From the NCBI GenBank assembly GCA_036172245.1, contig JAYWIR010000055.1, forward strand, positions 744,001-808,000: 64,000 nt of DNA. Reading direction: 5' to 3'. The DNA is from Raillietiella orientalis (lineage: Eukaryota). This document shows positions 33,060-43,833 of this stretch, piece after piece; position 1 is the stretch's first letter, and the number at the start of each line of letters is the position of its first letter. The position numbers were made by a program, and so were the translations under genes. Under the pieces are notes generated by a model. It searched no databases, was not told the origin of the DNA, and saw nothing but the letters and a program-made list of their open reading frames with translations.

Positions 33060-33495
33060 CTAAACCCTGTTCAGAAAGGAACTCCTTAATGCGATGCAAT
33101 AACTCCAATTTAATGGAATCAGGAACTGTTTCTAGAAAATGTGATAAAGTTAAAGCACACAAGCACATGCTTACCTCTTCCTTTGGGTGTTATTTCAGCA
33201 ACAAGTTCGTCAACAGTTATGTTGTCTAAACCTTTTTCTTCAATTTTTTCCCTACAGTACGTCTTTACCTCCTCTCTCCAACCACATTCAATCAAACGAC
33301 ATCGCAAAAGCTCCTTAAGTCTGTACATATGATTTGAAAATCAGCACTCATAATGCATTGTACATTTTACCTCTCCTTCTCTCCTGTTTCTATAAGTTTC
33401 TGCGTTATTGCTGCTCTTAAATGATTTTCTTTTCTAACAAGGGAGGCATGCGCAACATCGTAATTACTCCAAAAGTTCTGTAGTACTTACTCCAT
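33060..33495 (-). CDS. ENY2: Transcription and mRNA export factor ENY2 (Sus1/e(y)2)
   Basis: Four exons, the first with only 5 coding nt (ATGGA|GTAAGT). They give [42 protein letters not shown]...[34 protein letters not shown]. Confidence 0.96.
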
Positions 33496-36400
33496 CACTT
33501 GCTCAGATAATCCTATGAACTTTCGTTCACGATCCTTGGGTGCATGGGTTGATTTACGTTTCGATTTTATAACGGGTAACTAAGTGGAATAGACAGGGCT
33601 TATTACGACATGCGAAAATTTATTTCCTTGACTTAAAAGCAATGTTGCATTTTCTTTTTCAAAAAAATATTAATCTTGTCTTTTAGCAATATTAGTGACT
33701 GCAAAGTTTTGCAAAACTGTGTGCACAAAAACGTTGTTTCTGATATCTTTTCCTCATGAAAGTGAGTACTGCAAATTCCACACTTTTCGCAGTCACTTTC
33801 CTCGACTGAGGCAAGCAAGCTTGCAACACGATTTTTTCTTTTAAAATTTGTAGATCGAACAGCTGAGATGGTAATATCGAACGAAGATTTTCATCAGAAT
33901 TTTTCCGTCATTTCCTTAAATAACTTTAAGCAATGCTTTTTCTTCCAAGGCTGAAATGATAAAGCGTCAATACAATAAATGAAAAATTCCGCATGCAGTA
34001 GGTTATTTGTAAGGGAAAAAAGTGCCTTTCCCAATAACAAGCTAGGAAAAGACTAAAACGAAATAGATCATAATTTCGGTTTATTATACGCCAGTATTAA
34101 CTAACATATTTTGTTCCATTTAATTTCAATTCGGTCAATTTTCCAGCACACAATTCCTATCGCGACCTGTAATCTCTATTCTTCCTAAAGTCATGAATTT
34201 GCCACCATTCCTTCTTTGCTCTATTTAATTTCGCAATTTTCTTTTCCAAGCTCAAATAACGTGTACAGATAATGTAACAAATGCTATATTATATTCAGTT
34301 TTGGTAATCCTAGGAACGCTTAAGAATATTTCAACTTATCAGCGAAGCAAGGAGTCCATTGTACTTGACCGATATTGTAAAGTATATTGCTGACTCACAC
34401 GAAGTTTCATTTCTCTTGGAATTCTAATAAAGTGTTACTTCAAATGATTATATGTAAAAGGTTGTGGCTTGCTTAAGCTCATTTATGTCATTATTTATTA
34501 TTTAAGCGCACTCAAATTACTCATTTAAAACTGAACACTTCTTGTCTTCATGGATGACTCTTCAAGCCTTCAGGGACTTAATCATGCTCCCTTTTTCTTT
34601 TCCACTGATTTCTTTTGATTTCCATATTAATAATAAGATCAGTCAGCCAATTCTATCAGTTTTTTCTGCTTTTATTAACAAAACCATGCTTTGCAAAAAG
34701 ATAAACAAAGCATTCAAAAAAAACAATTTTGAATTCAAATAAAACTGCCAAAGAGGAATTAAGAGAGGTGCGGACATTATCATTAAATCTCCAGAATTAA
34801 TGAAACCTGAGGAATTCATTAACATTAATAATCCATAAAGAATTCTTTGATAATATAAAATAACCTACTTGAAAGCCTAAAGCTGCCATTTCAAGTAAAC
34901 TTCGAGTATTTTGATAACCGAGTCCATTTAACTTTCATGTAAACAAGTTGTGAGGATTCCTTCCGTAAAGTAGGAGGATTTTTCTCTTCCGTATGAAAGT
35001 AGCTAAACACAAATCCGTGATCTGGAGACCGACAATCGTCAAGGTGGGAAAAAAGGAAGGACAACAAGTCAAGAACGACGACATTTCCACGAACACATTC
35101 GAAGTGATAGATAAGGAGAATTCCAGCGCTCCAAGTTGTAATTCGATATGAGCAAAGAGTTCTTGAACCATTAAAATCTTTCTTTTTACTATCTTTCATA
35201 AATCTAGTCCAGGAACCTCATCTGTAGCTTTATAAAGAATTAAAACTAAGCCCGTTATTCCCCTTTCTGAACACTTTCTTTGTTCAGCGATCAAAAAGGA
35301 AGCCACGCGAGCTACAGGAATGCAGAAGGGAAACCCCATGTTGACATTCTGCTTCTACTCGAGCTGTGTATCCAGCACATTAGAGGTCTGCCACGAATCT
35401 ACATTGGATGTGTGTGTTCTTGGAACTCTGCAGCTTCTTCAAAACACCTTCCTTGCACTGTGGCAACCACCTTGTGTTACACATCAGAGCGTTGTTCTCT
35501 TTGGAATCTTTTCCGTGCCTCGGATGAGGCGAAAATCCTGCATCTCCTCGAGAGTGGCGCAGCGAATCCGCCGTTCCAGCGCGACGAGCAGAGTGCCCGC
35601 CGCGGTTGCTGTTTCTGCACGAAATGTTGTGATGCGCGGAAGGACAGCTGCGTTTAGACAGGGGTGTCCTCGCCATTGCGTGCTTCCCGCCTATACAGAG
35701 ATGACGACGACGGGACAGTGGGCTTGCTTCTTCAACGAATTTCAACGCATTCAATGAGGAGGACTCAGGAAGCAAAAACGTCCGATTCTCCGGCTTCCCA
35801 AGCTGAAGAAACGGACGGCTTATACAAACATGAGCGCAGTCAGAGATTTCGGGAAGCGCGTCCCAACAACACCGGTGCAAGAGAAATGAGGAAGAAGAGA
35901 ATGAAGAAATGCAAGAAAGCTGCTACCAATCCCTCGTGATCTGTCCAGCTTCGCCGTTGTTGGTGGAGGGCCGATCCACGAAGGGTGCCCAGGAGCGGAG
36001 GTGTGCCTTGCTGAGGCGAGGCGCTCCTCCTCACCCTTGGAGACTGCGGAGCCGCGGCTTCCTCTCGGCGCCGTGGCTCCTCGCAACTAGGTCCAGTCCG
36101 CCCGCCCGCTTTCCGGTGGCTACTAGTGCCCACGAAAGTCGGCCTGCGGCTGGGCCTACGATCGCGGGGCATCGATCCGCATCATCGCGCAATGGGCTGG
36201 CCAAAAGTCCGCTTCCAGGTTCGACGGCACCTCTTTCCTCCCCTTGGCTACCCGGGTGGGCGGCGGCCAGACCGGCCAGACCGTCCACCCGGCCATGTCG
36301 GGTTGCTCACGGCGCCATCATCTCGCTGCATTGGCTTGCGCACGTTCCCAGATGCTTCGATCTCTCGTAGGCGGCACCGATCGTGCGATGCCGATGACCA

Positions 36401-37149
36401 CCATGTGATCTCTGAACGCGGAACGACGCCCTGGGTTGCCCTTGTGTGAGAGAGACGTGGAGAGGACCGTAGCCCTGGCGATTTCCTATTCGCGTCTTCC
36501 GGATGAGCTGAGCGCGACGAGGCAGTTCCCCTTCCCACGGGGGGAGGGGTTGGGCCGCGGCGACGGATCCCCGCCGGCTGTCTGTCCAATGCTAGCCCCA
36601 ACCCCCATTTCCCACGCGTCACTTTCTTGATGCAGTAGCACTGTCTGGTGCAGAATTGAGGGAGTCACGGTGCCGACTTCTAGGAGATGGTGTTCCATGT
36701 GTTTTCAGAAGCCTACCGAGGTAAGGTCGTCTCTCTGAGGTGGCGGGGCTGTGAGCTGCATCGCGGCTCAGCTCTTGAAACGTCGCTTCGTCCACGGACT
36801 CAGAGTGGGCGTTTTATCGATTTGCTTTGGCAGCCGTGAGGCTGAGGTCTCCGCGCACGGTAACAAATCGTTGCGGGTCTTCCTGATGAGCTTTCGTAAG
36901 GCCGAGAGAAAGCGACGCGGGGACTCCGGGAGACGCATCCTGTGAGAGATGTCATCCAGAGCACTATGCGTGGGAAAGGCATATATTAGTTTTGGTGGAT
37001 GTCCGCATTTCGTGAGAAACCGGGGCTGAGGGGGCTACATGTGAAGTTCCGGGCGAAGCACCCCCCACCCCGAAGCACGAAGTGAACAGGAAGATCTCAA
37101 ATTCTTGTCGCTCGGAGCGCACCGACGGTGAGACGCGGCAGCGGGGACC

Positions 37150-37820
37150 TCTTTACCCGCTCGGTCAACCCCCTTGTCCCAGAGCTGCTCTCCTCGAAAA
37201 CGCAAGCGACCCTCCGGCCGGACGCAGGTTCCAAGGCAGAAAGAAACTGTTGAGAGCGTGGACAACTCGGGAGGTCACGGACGCTGCTACCCCGAGGTTC
37301 CCGCCAGGAGGAGGGTTACTTTGTGTCGAGCTGCTCGCGATGCCTCCGGAGGGGGTGAAGTGCGTCCCCAGCATGCTGAAACAGTGGTGCCCTCCCCCTC
37401 AAATGGAGGGATTTGGAGTTGCTGGTACTGCATAGGGGAATCCCGTGCAAAGCGCGCCTCCATCATTGGACAGGGGGGAGCGTGGGAGCTCAGTGCGAAG
37501 GTTGCGAGAGGAAGGCGACCCCCCCGCACCTGCTGTTGGACTGTGCCGTCTTCCGACCCGTTTGGGATCGCTGCTCGACGACCCTAGGATTCGCGGCGGG
37601 CGGCCCCAGGGACATTTTCAGACGCCTCTTCGCGCGTGCCGCATTGCCGCCAGCCGCGTCCTCTTCTCGCAGTCCTCTTCTGTCCCGTTCGTGGGATGAC
37701 GGCGGCCCGGAACACCAAAAGAGGCTGAAATAGGAGAGACGCCAGCTGTGCGTGTTTGTTTGTTTGTTTTTGTTTCGCCTCCCTCATGCTGCTGCAGCGG
37801 ACCTCGCCGGTCTGCCGTGC
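37150..37820 (+). mobile_element. 3' fragment of an L1/Tx1-like non-LTR retrotransposon (zf-RVT region plus 3' UTR), degenerate
   Basis: LHRGIPCKARLHHW...CEGCERKATPPHLLLDCAVFRPVW fits the zf-RVT CxxC..HLxxxC motif. It is followed by a GTTT-rich tail shared with the copy at 39,000-39,950. Confidence 0.7.
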
Positions 37821-38699
37821 CGCTTCCCTGCGCGTGGTAAAACCAGCGGTCCTACCGCATCAAAGTACTTTTAGTACTTTCAGTAATCCATGCCCCGGCC
37901 TGACCGGGTGATAATCATCACGCGCCTCATTTTCCGGGTTTATGAAAATGCCTAGCTATTTTCCCGGAATGGATGTTCCCCTTTCCCAGCCTTCCGGGCT
38001 TCCGCATTCTCCCCGGAACGTCTCCGGCGATGTCTTGTCTGCCGCGAATTCGCACGCTCCGCTCTCCTACCTGCAGCCATCGAAACGCCTGGCGGCTCTT
38101 CGGCATTCCCATTAAACCGCGGCGCTCCCGGATTCCAGAGAGGAACCTTCCCCATCAGGCACACGTCATCTTCCGTGCTTCCACGGACCGTGAAATCTGT
38201 TCCCCTTTATTCACTTAAACACATGATATTATTTTTTCCAGATTCCTCCCGAATGCTTTGGCATTCCCGGGATGAATGTTTGCGGACCTAGAAAGGCCGG
38301 AGTCCCTTCCGCCTTTTGTGGGGTGCATATCTGCTGCACACGCAACCATCACGGAGCAATTTGAAGGCAATTTGCTGCTGTGAATGGGATAGAAATCCTC
38401 ACCTGCAGATTTATTTTTGGAACCGGGAAAATGGAGAATCGATTCGCCACCCCGCTGGCTTGCGAAACCATGCAACAGGGGAGTAGGAATCATCCTCCAC
38501 GACTGGCGGAGAACGCCCGAAGCTGAAACCGCCGAGGAAGGCAGATCCGGGACTCGGGGCCTCCCGGCGCTAGTGCTGGGTGGAGGAACGCCGGTGAACG
38601 ACCCCTCGCGACTTGCCCTTCTTCCTGCCTTCATGGGCAAGGGATGGCCCCTGGAAGGTTAGTCATCAGCAAGCAGGAGCAGACGGACCATCGGCTCTG

Positions 38700-38860
38700 G
38701 GTTTGATGCTCCCGGGGCACGAGTTATGGGGCGGAGGGGGGCGAGGGCTCATTCTCAGAGGGAGTCACACAAAGCGGAAAGCAGGATTGCTCGCCAACAG
38801 CCAGCGAGGGGGATGGAGGGCGATCGGGGGAGGTTTGCGGCCCGTCCCATGCGCCCCAGC
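38700..38860 (+). mobile_element. Possible RTE-clade LINE C-terminal remnant
   Basis: LLANSQRGGWRAIGGGLRP resembles the RTE ORF terminal motif (LAQDRxxWRxLVGGLC). Short match only. Confidence 0.25.
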
Positions 38861-38999
38861 CACCGCTGAACGCTCCGTAAGCTGGTCTCGGCTCCTCGAA
38901 CTTTGGGGCAAGGGAGGGGCTGTCCTCCTGCCCCTAAGCAGGGAGACTCGTTTTTCCCATCCCTCAAGCTGCCTGGCTTTTCACCCGGAAATGACGGGG

Positions 39000-39950
39000 C
39001 ATTTTTTATTAAAATTTCAATAATATAAAATTTCGTAACAAAGTCTTGAGGTTCATTCGGGCAGAATACGTGGTTCTACCTGTCTTGAAACACTTATCTT
39101 TACAGACCCTCAGGCCGGTGAGGTCCTCTTCGCTGGCGAAGGGGGGGGGGAAAACCACAAAACAAAAACAAAAACACGAGGGAAGGGCAGGAAAGGGATT
39201 ACCGTTCGCCGCGAGTGGTCCTCTGCATCCGGGTTTGGATGAGGACAAGTGCTGGTCGAACAGACCGTAGCCGGCACCATCGGAAAGCCTTCTCCATGGA
39301 GATGGCTGCCCAGTGAACGGCATCCCGGCTGTTGTGGCCTTTCCTCGACTCGGTCCATTTGTCCAGGATTCCGCGTGTGCTGCAGAGAACTGCTACACAC
39401 GCGGATGCTGGCAGGGCGTCCCGAATCAGGAGGCGACGGAAAATGTCTTTCGATTCGCCCACCGGAATGTTTTGGATCGACGATGGTCGATTCCACATTG
39501 GGCGGAGGGCGACACACTCGATGATCAGATGCGGGGAAGGTTTCCCGTTCCCCGCAGCCTGCACAACGAGCATTCACACTTCCGAGTGTCCAGTGGGAGA
39601 GGCGTGCTCTGCAAAGGAGTCCCCAATAAAACACAAGCAGGGCCGTCTCTGCAAGGAAAGGGTGCCATTGTCCCAACGCGCTGGGGGCCACTTCACCTCC
39701 TCCGGAGGTATGCCGAGCAACTCGCCCCAGCGCACAAGTCCTTTCGGCGGGACACTCGGGGTTGCAGCGTCCGGTAGCTCCCGAGAGCCTCCAAGAGTTT
39801 TTTTTTTTTCTGCCTCCGATGAGGCAGGACGATTTCCACGATGCCTCTTCCTGGCTGCCCTGGCGTTCCTGAGGGAGGGCAGCACAGGGGCAAGGGGGAT
39901 ACATAAAGCCCACAGCAGTTTCCGCGGGTTGGAAACGATCTCCTGCAAAG
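39000..39950 (-). mobile_element. Second copy of the same L1/Tx1-like 3' fragment, with 3' UTR and AATAAAAAA end
   Basis: Frameshifted WGLLCRARLSHWTLGSVNARCAGCGERETF/PHLIIECVALRPMW...KDIFRRLL, then a GTTTT-rich UTR and an A-rich terminus near 39,002-39,012. Confidence 0.72.
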
Positions 39951-40435
39951 ACTGTCCAGCGTACCTGCCTCTACGGAGGCAGGAGCATTCTGTATCGCAG
40001 GAGCCGCTGATCTTAGCCCACGCGGAAACTGACTCCTGAAGCCACGTAGTGCAGTTCGCAGGAGGCAGGCAGGAGATTCATGTGCCCTCCCTCACCAGGG
40101 CAACAAAGTCATGCAGCTGAAAACCGCAATGGTTCAGACTGCGGTCGTTAGTCACGTTATCCCCCTCGCTGGCTGTTGGTGAGAAATGCCGCTTTCCGCT
40201 TTGGGACTCACTCTGAGAGCAATCCCTCTCCTTACCCCTCCCACCTCTCACCTAGCGCTTCATCCCGAGAGCACCGATCACGGGCAGCAGCTTACCCTCC
40301 GGTCAGGTCCTCTCAGTCCCTGCGGGTGGGCTCGGTCCCGGAAAGACGCACGGCATCCTCCGGACCGGTCTGTGCTAACAGCAGGCTCATCGACCTCGTG
40401 AGGACCCCGCACCCCATCCATCCCTCTCCCCGGGA

Positions 40436-40605
40436 GCGAAGAGGAGGAGAAGGGGAGGAAGAAGAAGAGAAATGGAGGAAAAGAAGATGGAGGAGGAAGA
40501 AGAGAAGAGGAAAGGAGGAGGAGGAGAGGAAGGGATTAGAAGGAAGAAGAGGAAAGGAGGAAGAGGAGGAAGGAAGCGAAAGGGAGGAAGAGGAGGAAAG
40601 GAGGA
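40436..40605 (+). repeat. Purine-rich (GAG/GAA/GGA) low-complexity tract
   Basis: About 170 nt almost exclusively G/A; it produces spurious E/R/K/G-rich ORFs. Confidence 0.85.
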
Positions 40606-40745
40606 CGTCGGCGACGATGAAAGGGACGCCGTCAGGACCCGCGGACCAAACTGTAGACCTTCCGGGCAGGCGGGAGCAGCACCGCCTCTTCCTGTCCCTC
40701 CCAATCCCGACTCCCTTCCCCTAAGCAACGTCTCTCTGTGGTCCC

Positions 40746-40960
40746 TCATCCCCTGCTCCACAGATGCTGCACCTCTCCCGGTGGGTTCGTGGCACCTCCA
40801 GGGCATGGGAGCCTCGAGTCTGCGGTGAAAGCCTGCCACATCCTAAGCAGAGCACGCATCTTCATCTTTTCTACCGGCCATGGAAACACCATAGAAACGA
40901 CCTCTACCGTCCCCTCCTTCCCCTTCGGGGCAACTCTTCCCCCCTCTTCCCCAGGGAGAC
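40746..40960 (-). mobile_element. Possible Ty3/Gypsy RT-RNase H connection remnant
   Basis: GRVAPKGKEGTVEVVSMVFPWPVEKMKMRALLRM resembles the GxxxPxPxKVEAIxxFPxPxxKKxxRxFLG motif. No LTRs or other domains seen. Confidence 0.3.
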
Positions 40961-41107
40961 GAGGGAGGCCTGTTCCGTAAGGAGGCTCGTCTCCAGGGCA
41001 ACCCCTGGGCTCCCGTGCCATTCCTCCGATACCGGCGCTGACGCCCCGCATCCCTTTATTGCAAGTGTGCAAAGGGAAGGGGGAGTGGCGGGACGCCTCT
41101 GTCGCCG

Positions 41108-42482
41108 TCACGCCAGCTTCTCCCGCAGCCACGACCTCTGGCAGGACCTCAGGAAGCCGAGCGATCGCGTCATCTCCCTCTCCAGGGCGCTCGGCCGACC
41201 ACTGGGGGACGCCGCCACGTCTGCGGCGAGAGGAGGGGCAGTGAGTAGGTGGGGGGCAAAGGGGGAAGAGCTGCTCACAAGGGGAGCGGAGAGTCTTCTC
41301 CAGGAAGCTCTCGTCTGCTTGCAGTTCCTGCAGGGCCTTCCGGGTGCGCGTCCGGGGCCCCTCTCGCTCCTGGGTCCGCGGCACCGCCGGCGCTGCGACC
41401 TCTGCGTCTACGTCGGAGGCTCGGAGTGCCCACTGATCTGGAAGAGTCGGTGCGAAAAGGCCCCCGGGATCTCCCCCCCCCCCTATGTAACCTCCAAGGA
41501 CGCTCCGGATGGCGTTCTCTGCCTTGTAAACGCCCGTGGCGAAGCTCTCCTCCCGGGGATGCCGGCGCAGCCCCCTCCGGAAGAGTAGCAGCGCTCCCTC
41601 GAAGTCTCCCAATCGGTAGAGGGCCTCTCCTTTCTGGGAGATCCCTAAAGGAAGAGGAAGAGAGGATGGGGACTCGGTGAGCCGCCTCTCTGACCCTTAG
41701 TGGAGAGCGGACGGGAGCCCGGGAGAGGCGCAAGGGGTGGTCGGGGGACGGGAGAGGGAGGGACGTGTGCCCGGGGTAGGGCGGGGGCACGCAAACGGAG
41801 GGCTTCTCACCTTTCGAGAAGTCCGGGTCCAGCCTGAGGACCCCCTCGGCGTCGCGAAGCGCTAGGTCCGCCTCTCCCAGAGCCAGGTGGCAGGCGCTCC
41901 GGGAGACGAGTGACAGCTTGTGGTCAGGCCGCAACTCGAGGGCCTACAAAGGGCGACGGTCGTGAGGCAGGACCCCTCTTGCCCCTCCCCCTGCCTATCC
42001 CTTTTTCCTGGACCAGAGGGTCCGTGCAGGAAGTGAAATCAGGAGCCGGAGCCTCTGTGTCTCTCACGGGGCATCGGTTCCCGCGCCTCACGCGGCCGGA
42101 AGGACCGCGGAGGAGCGCGAGGGAGTTTCGTGGCTCTCGAGGCGGCACCGGGCGTGCAAGTGGAGAGAGCGATGGGACGGGGGAGGGATGAAAGCGCGAG
42201 AAGAGTCCCCTGAAAACGGCCCCTAAGAGGGGGCACGCCCTCAAGTCCTCCAAGCGGGGGTCGTCCGAGGCGAAAGGGGTCGCCCCGATTAGCGGAGGGC
42301 AATTTGCCGCTCCCACAAGCTTTCCCCGCTCCGCGCCGCAGGCATGTGCGGTGCCCGCTCACCAGGTCAAAGTTCTCGATGGCCTTGCGGTGCTGCTGCT
42401 TCTGCAGAAGATACAGACCGACCGAAGAGTAGACGCTGAACGTGCATGGGTGTCTCTCTTCCTCTTCCTCTTCCGGCTCCAT
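41108..42482 (-). CDS. Short TTC25/ODAD4-like paralog (N-terminal TPR half only)
   Basis: Exons 42482-42363 (CTFSVYSSVGLYLLQKQQHRKAIENFDL), 41943-41811 (ALELRPDHKLSLVSRSACHLALG..ALRDAE..L.LDP.F.K), about 41645-41279 (GISQKGEALYRLGDFEGALLLFRRG...ELQADESFLEK) and about 41220-41108 (SLGFLRSCQRSWLREKLA*). All have GT-AG ends. Confidence 0.78.
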
Positions 42483-42859
42483 CGATCGACTGCAAAGGGC
42501 GCCAGGGGTGGACGGGGGGCGTCGGAAGGCAGGGGGACCTCGAGGCAGAGAGGTAGAGGAGGGGGAGGGGAAACAAAAGAACGCTACTCGCCGTAGCGTA
42601 GCAACGGAGACAATCTGCCCGAGGACAGCAGAAGAGGAAAGACGGGGAAGCCGGCGTTCCTGTAGAGAGCCCGGAGGCACCACAGCAAGGGGGGGGGGGG
42701 GGCTGGACTCGCTCCGAAGAACCGTTTCTTACCGCCGGAAAGAATGCCCCCTCCCTCCCCTCTCCCGGAGGAGGCGCGAGCGTGACCTGAGGGAGGCCGC
42801 CACGTCTGCGCGCTCGCGTTCCTCCCCGAGAGGGGGGCGGCGGGATCCCTCTAGGAAGC

Positions 42860-43300
42860 CCGTCGTCGGGAAGGAAAGAGGATGGGGAGAGTCTGGGCTG
42901 CGGAAAGGCTCTTCAGCGACTCCTTCGGTGACCCGTTCCCGGAGAGGGATGCAAGATGATGCCCCGGGGCAATGTTCCCGTGGGCACGGGTCGTCCTGGA
43001 CACGGCACCTGGCACAGAGCGGATGGGGGAGAAAGACAGTGCACACAGGAAGGGATCTCCCCCGTCATTCCTCCCCTCGAGGACCTGGATGTGCCATCGA
43101 TTGGGATCCGTGCCTTCCTGGAAGCGCACGGGGACCCAGCAGGCTGCCTCGCGCGCGAGCTTTCAAGGGAAAGACAACACGAACGACCTAGGTCACGACC
43201 CTCGTGAAGCCGCCAGAGGTGTGCATGCCATCCCCGAGATGGGCTGCCTCGACGCCCCGGACCTCGAGGAGTTCGTCGAAGGGATCGGTTCTGACCCGAG
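42860..43300 (+). mobile_element. Decayed RTE-like RT remnant between the two TTC25 copies
   Basis: ESGLRKGSSATP (QAGFRKGRS-like), LEDLDVPSI (LEDLDYADD-like), LEEFVEGIGS. 42,870-42,985 is visibly similar in nucleotide sequence to 44,097-44,230. Confidence 0.4.
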
Positions 43301-43833
43301 AGCGCACCCGTGGGTGGGACGGAGGGGCAACTGCTGGCGAGAAGGGCCCCGTCGGAAAAGAGAGCTGCTGCCTGTTCCCCCTCCCTCCCTCGAAATTCCC
43401 CCCTCCCCAGGGGAGAATCCGCGGGATTCCTGAAGGAGTTCACCCGGAGGGCTGCATGCCCCTCCCTCTCCTTCTCCTCCTTCCCGCTTGCCGCTGGGGG
43501 ATGCGGCAGTTTCGTTCCCCCCTCGGGTGCCGCCCATCGCTTCCCTCGCGTGATCTCTCCCTCTTCTCGGGGACTTCTCCCCCCTTTCTTGGCGCACAGG
43601 GCTCGGGGCTCGCGTGACCGCTCCTCTCCTCCCCGTCCCGCTAGGGCGGGATGCCGCCGCCGCATCCCGCGGACGACAGGAGGCGGCGTCCGCGCGGCGG
43701 TGACACGCGCGGGCGCGCGCGCGCGCGCGATCGATCCGCCTCGCCGCCGGCGGCCGCTCGGCGGGGCCGGGCGAGAGGCGGGCGCGGCGGAGCCCAGCAG
43801 GCAGGGAGGGGGAGCCCCCCTGGCCCGAGGACG

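Noticed and set aside
37900..38450. Scattered TTCCCGG/ATTCC motifs suggesting a DNA-transposon subterminal region
   Set aside because: No terminal inverted repeats, target-site duplication or transposase found.
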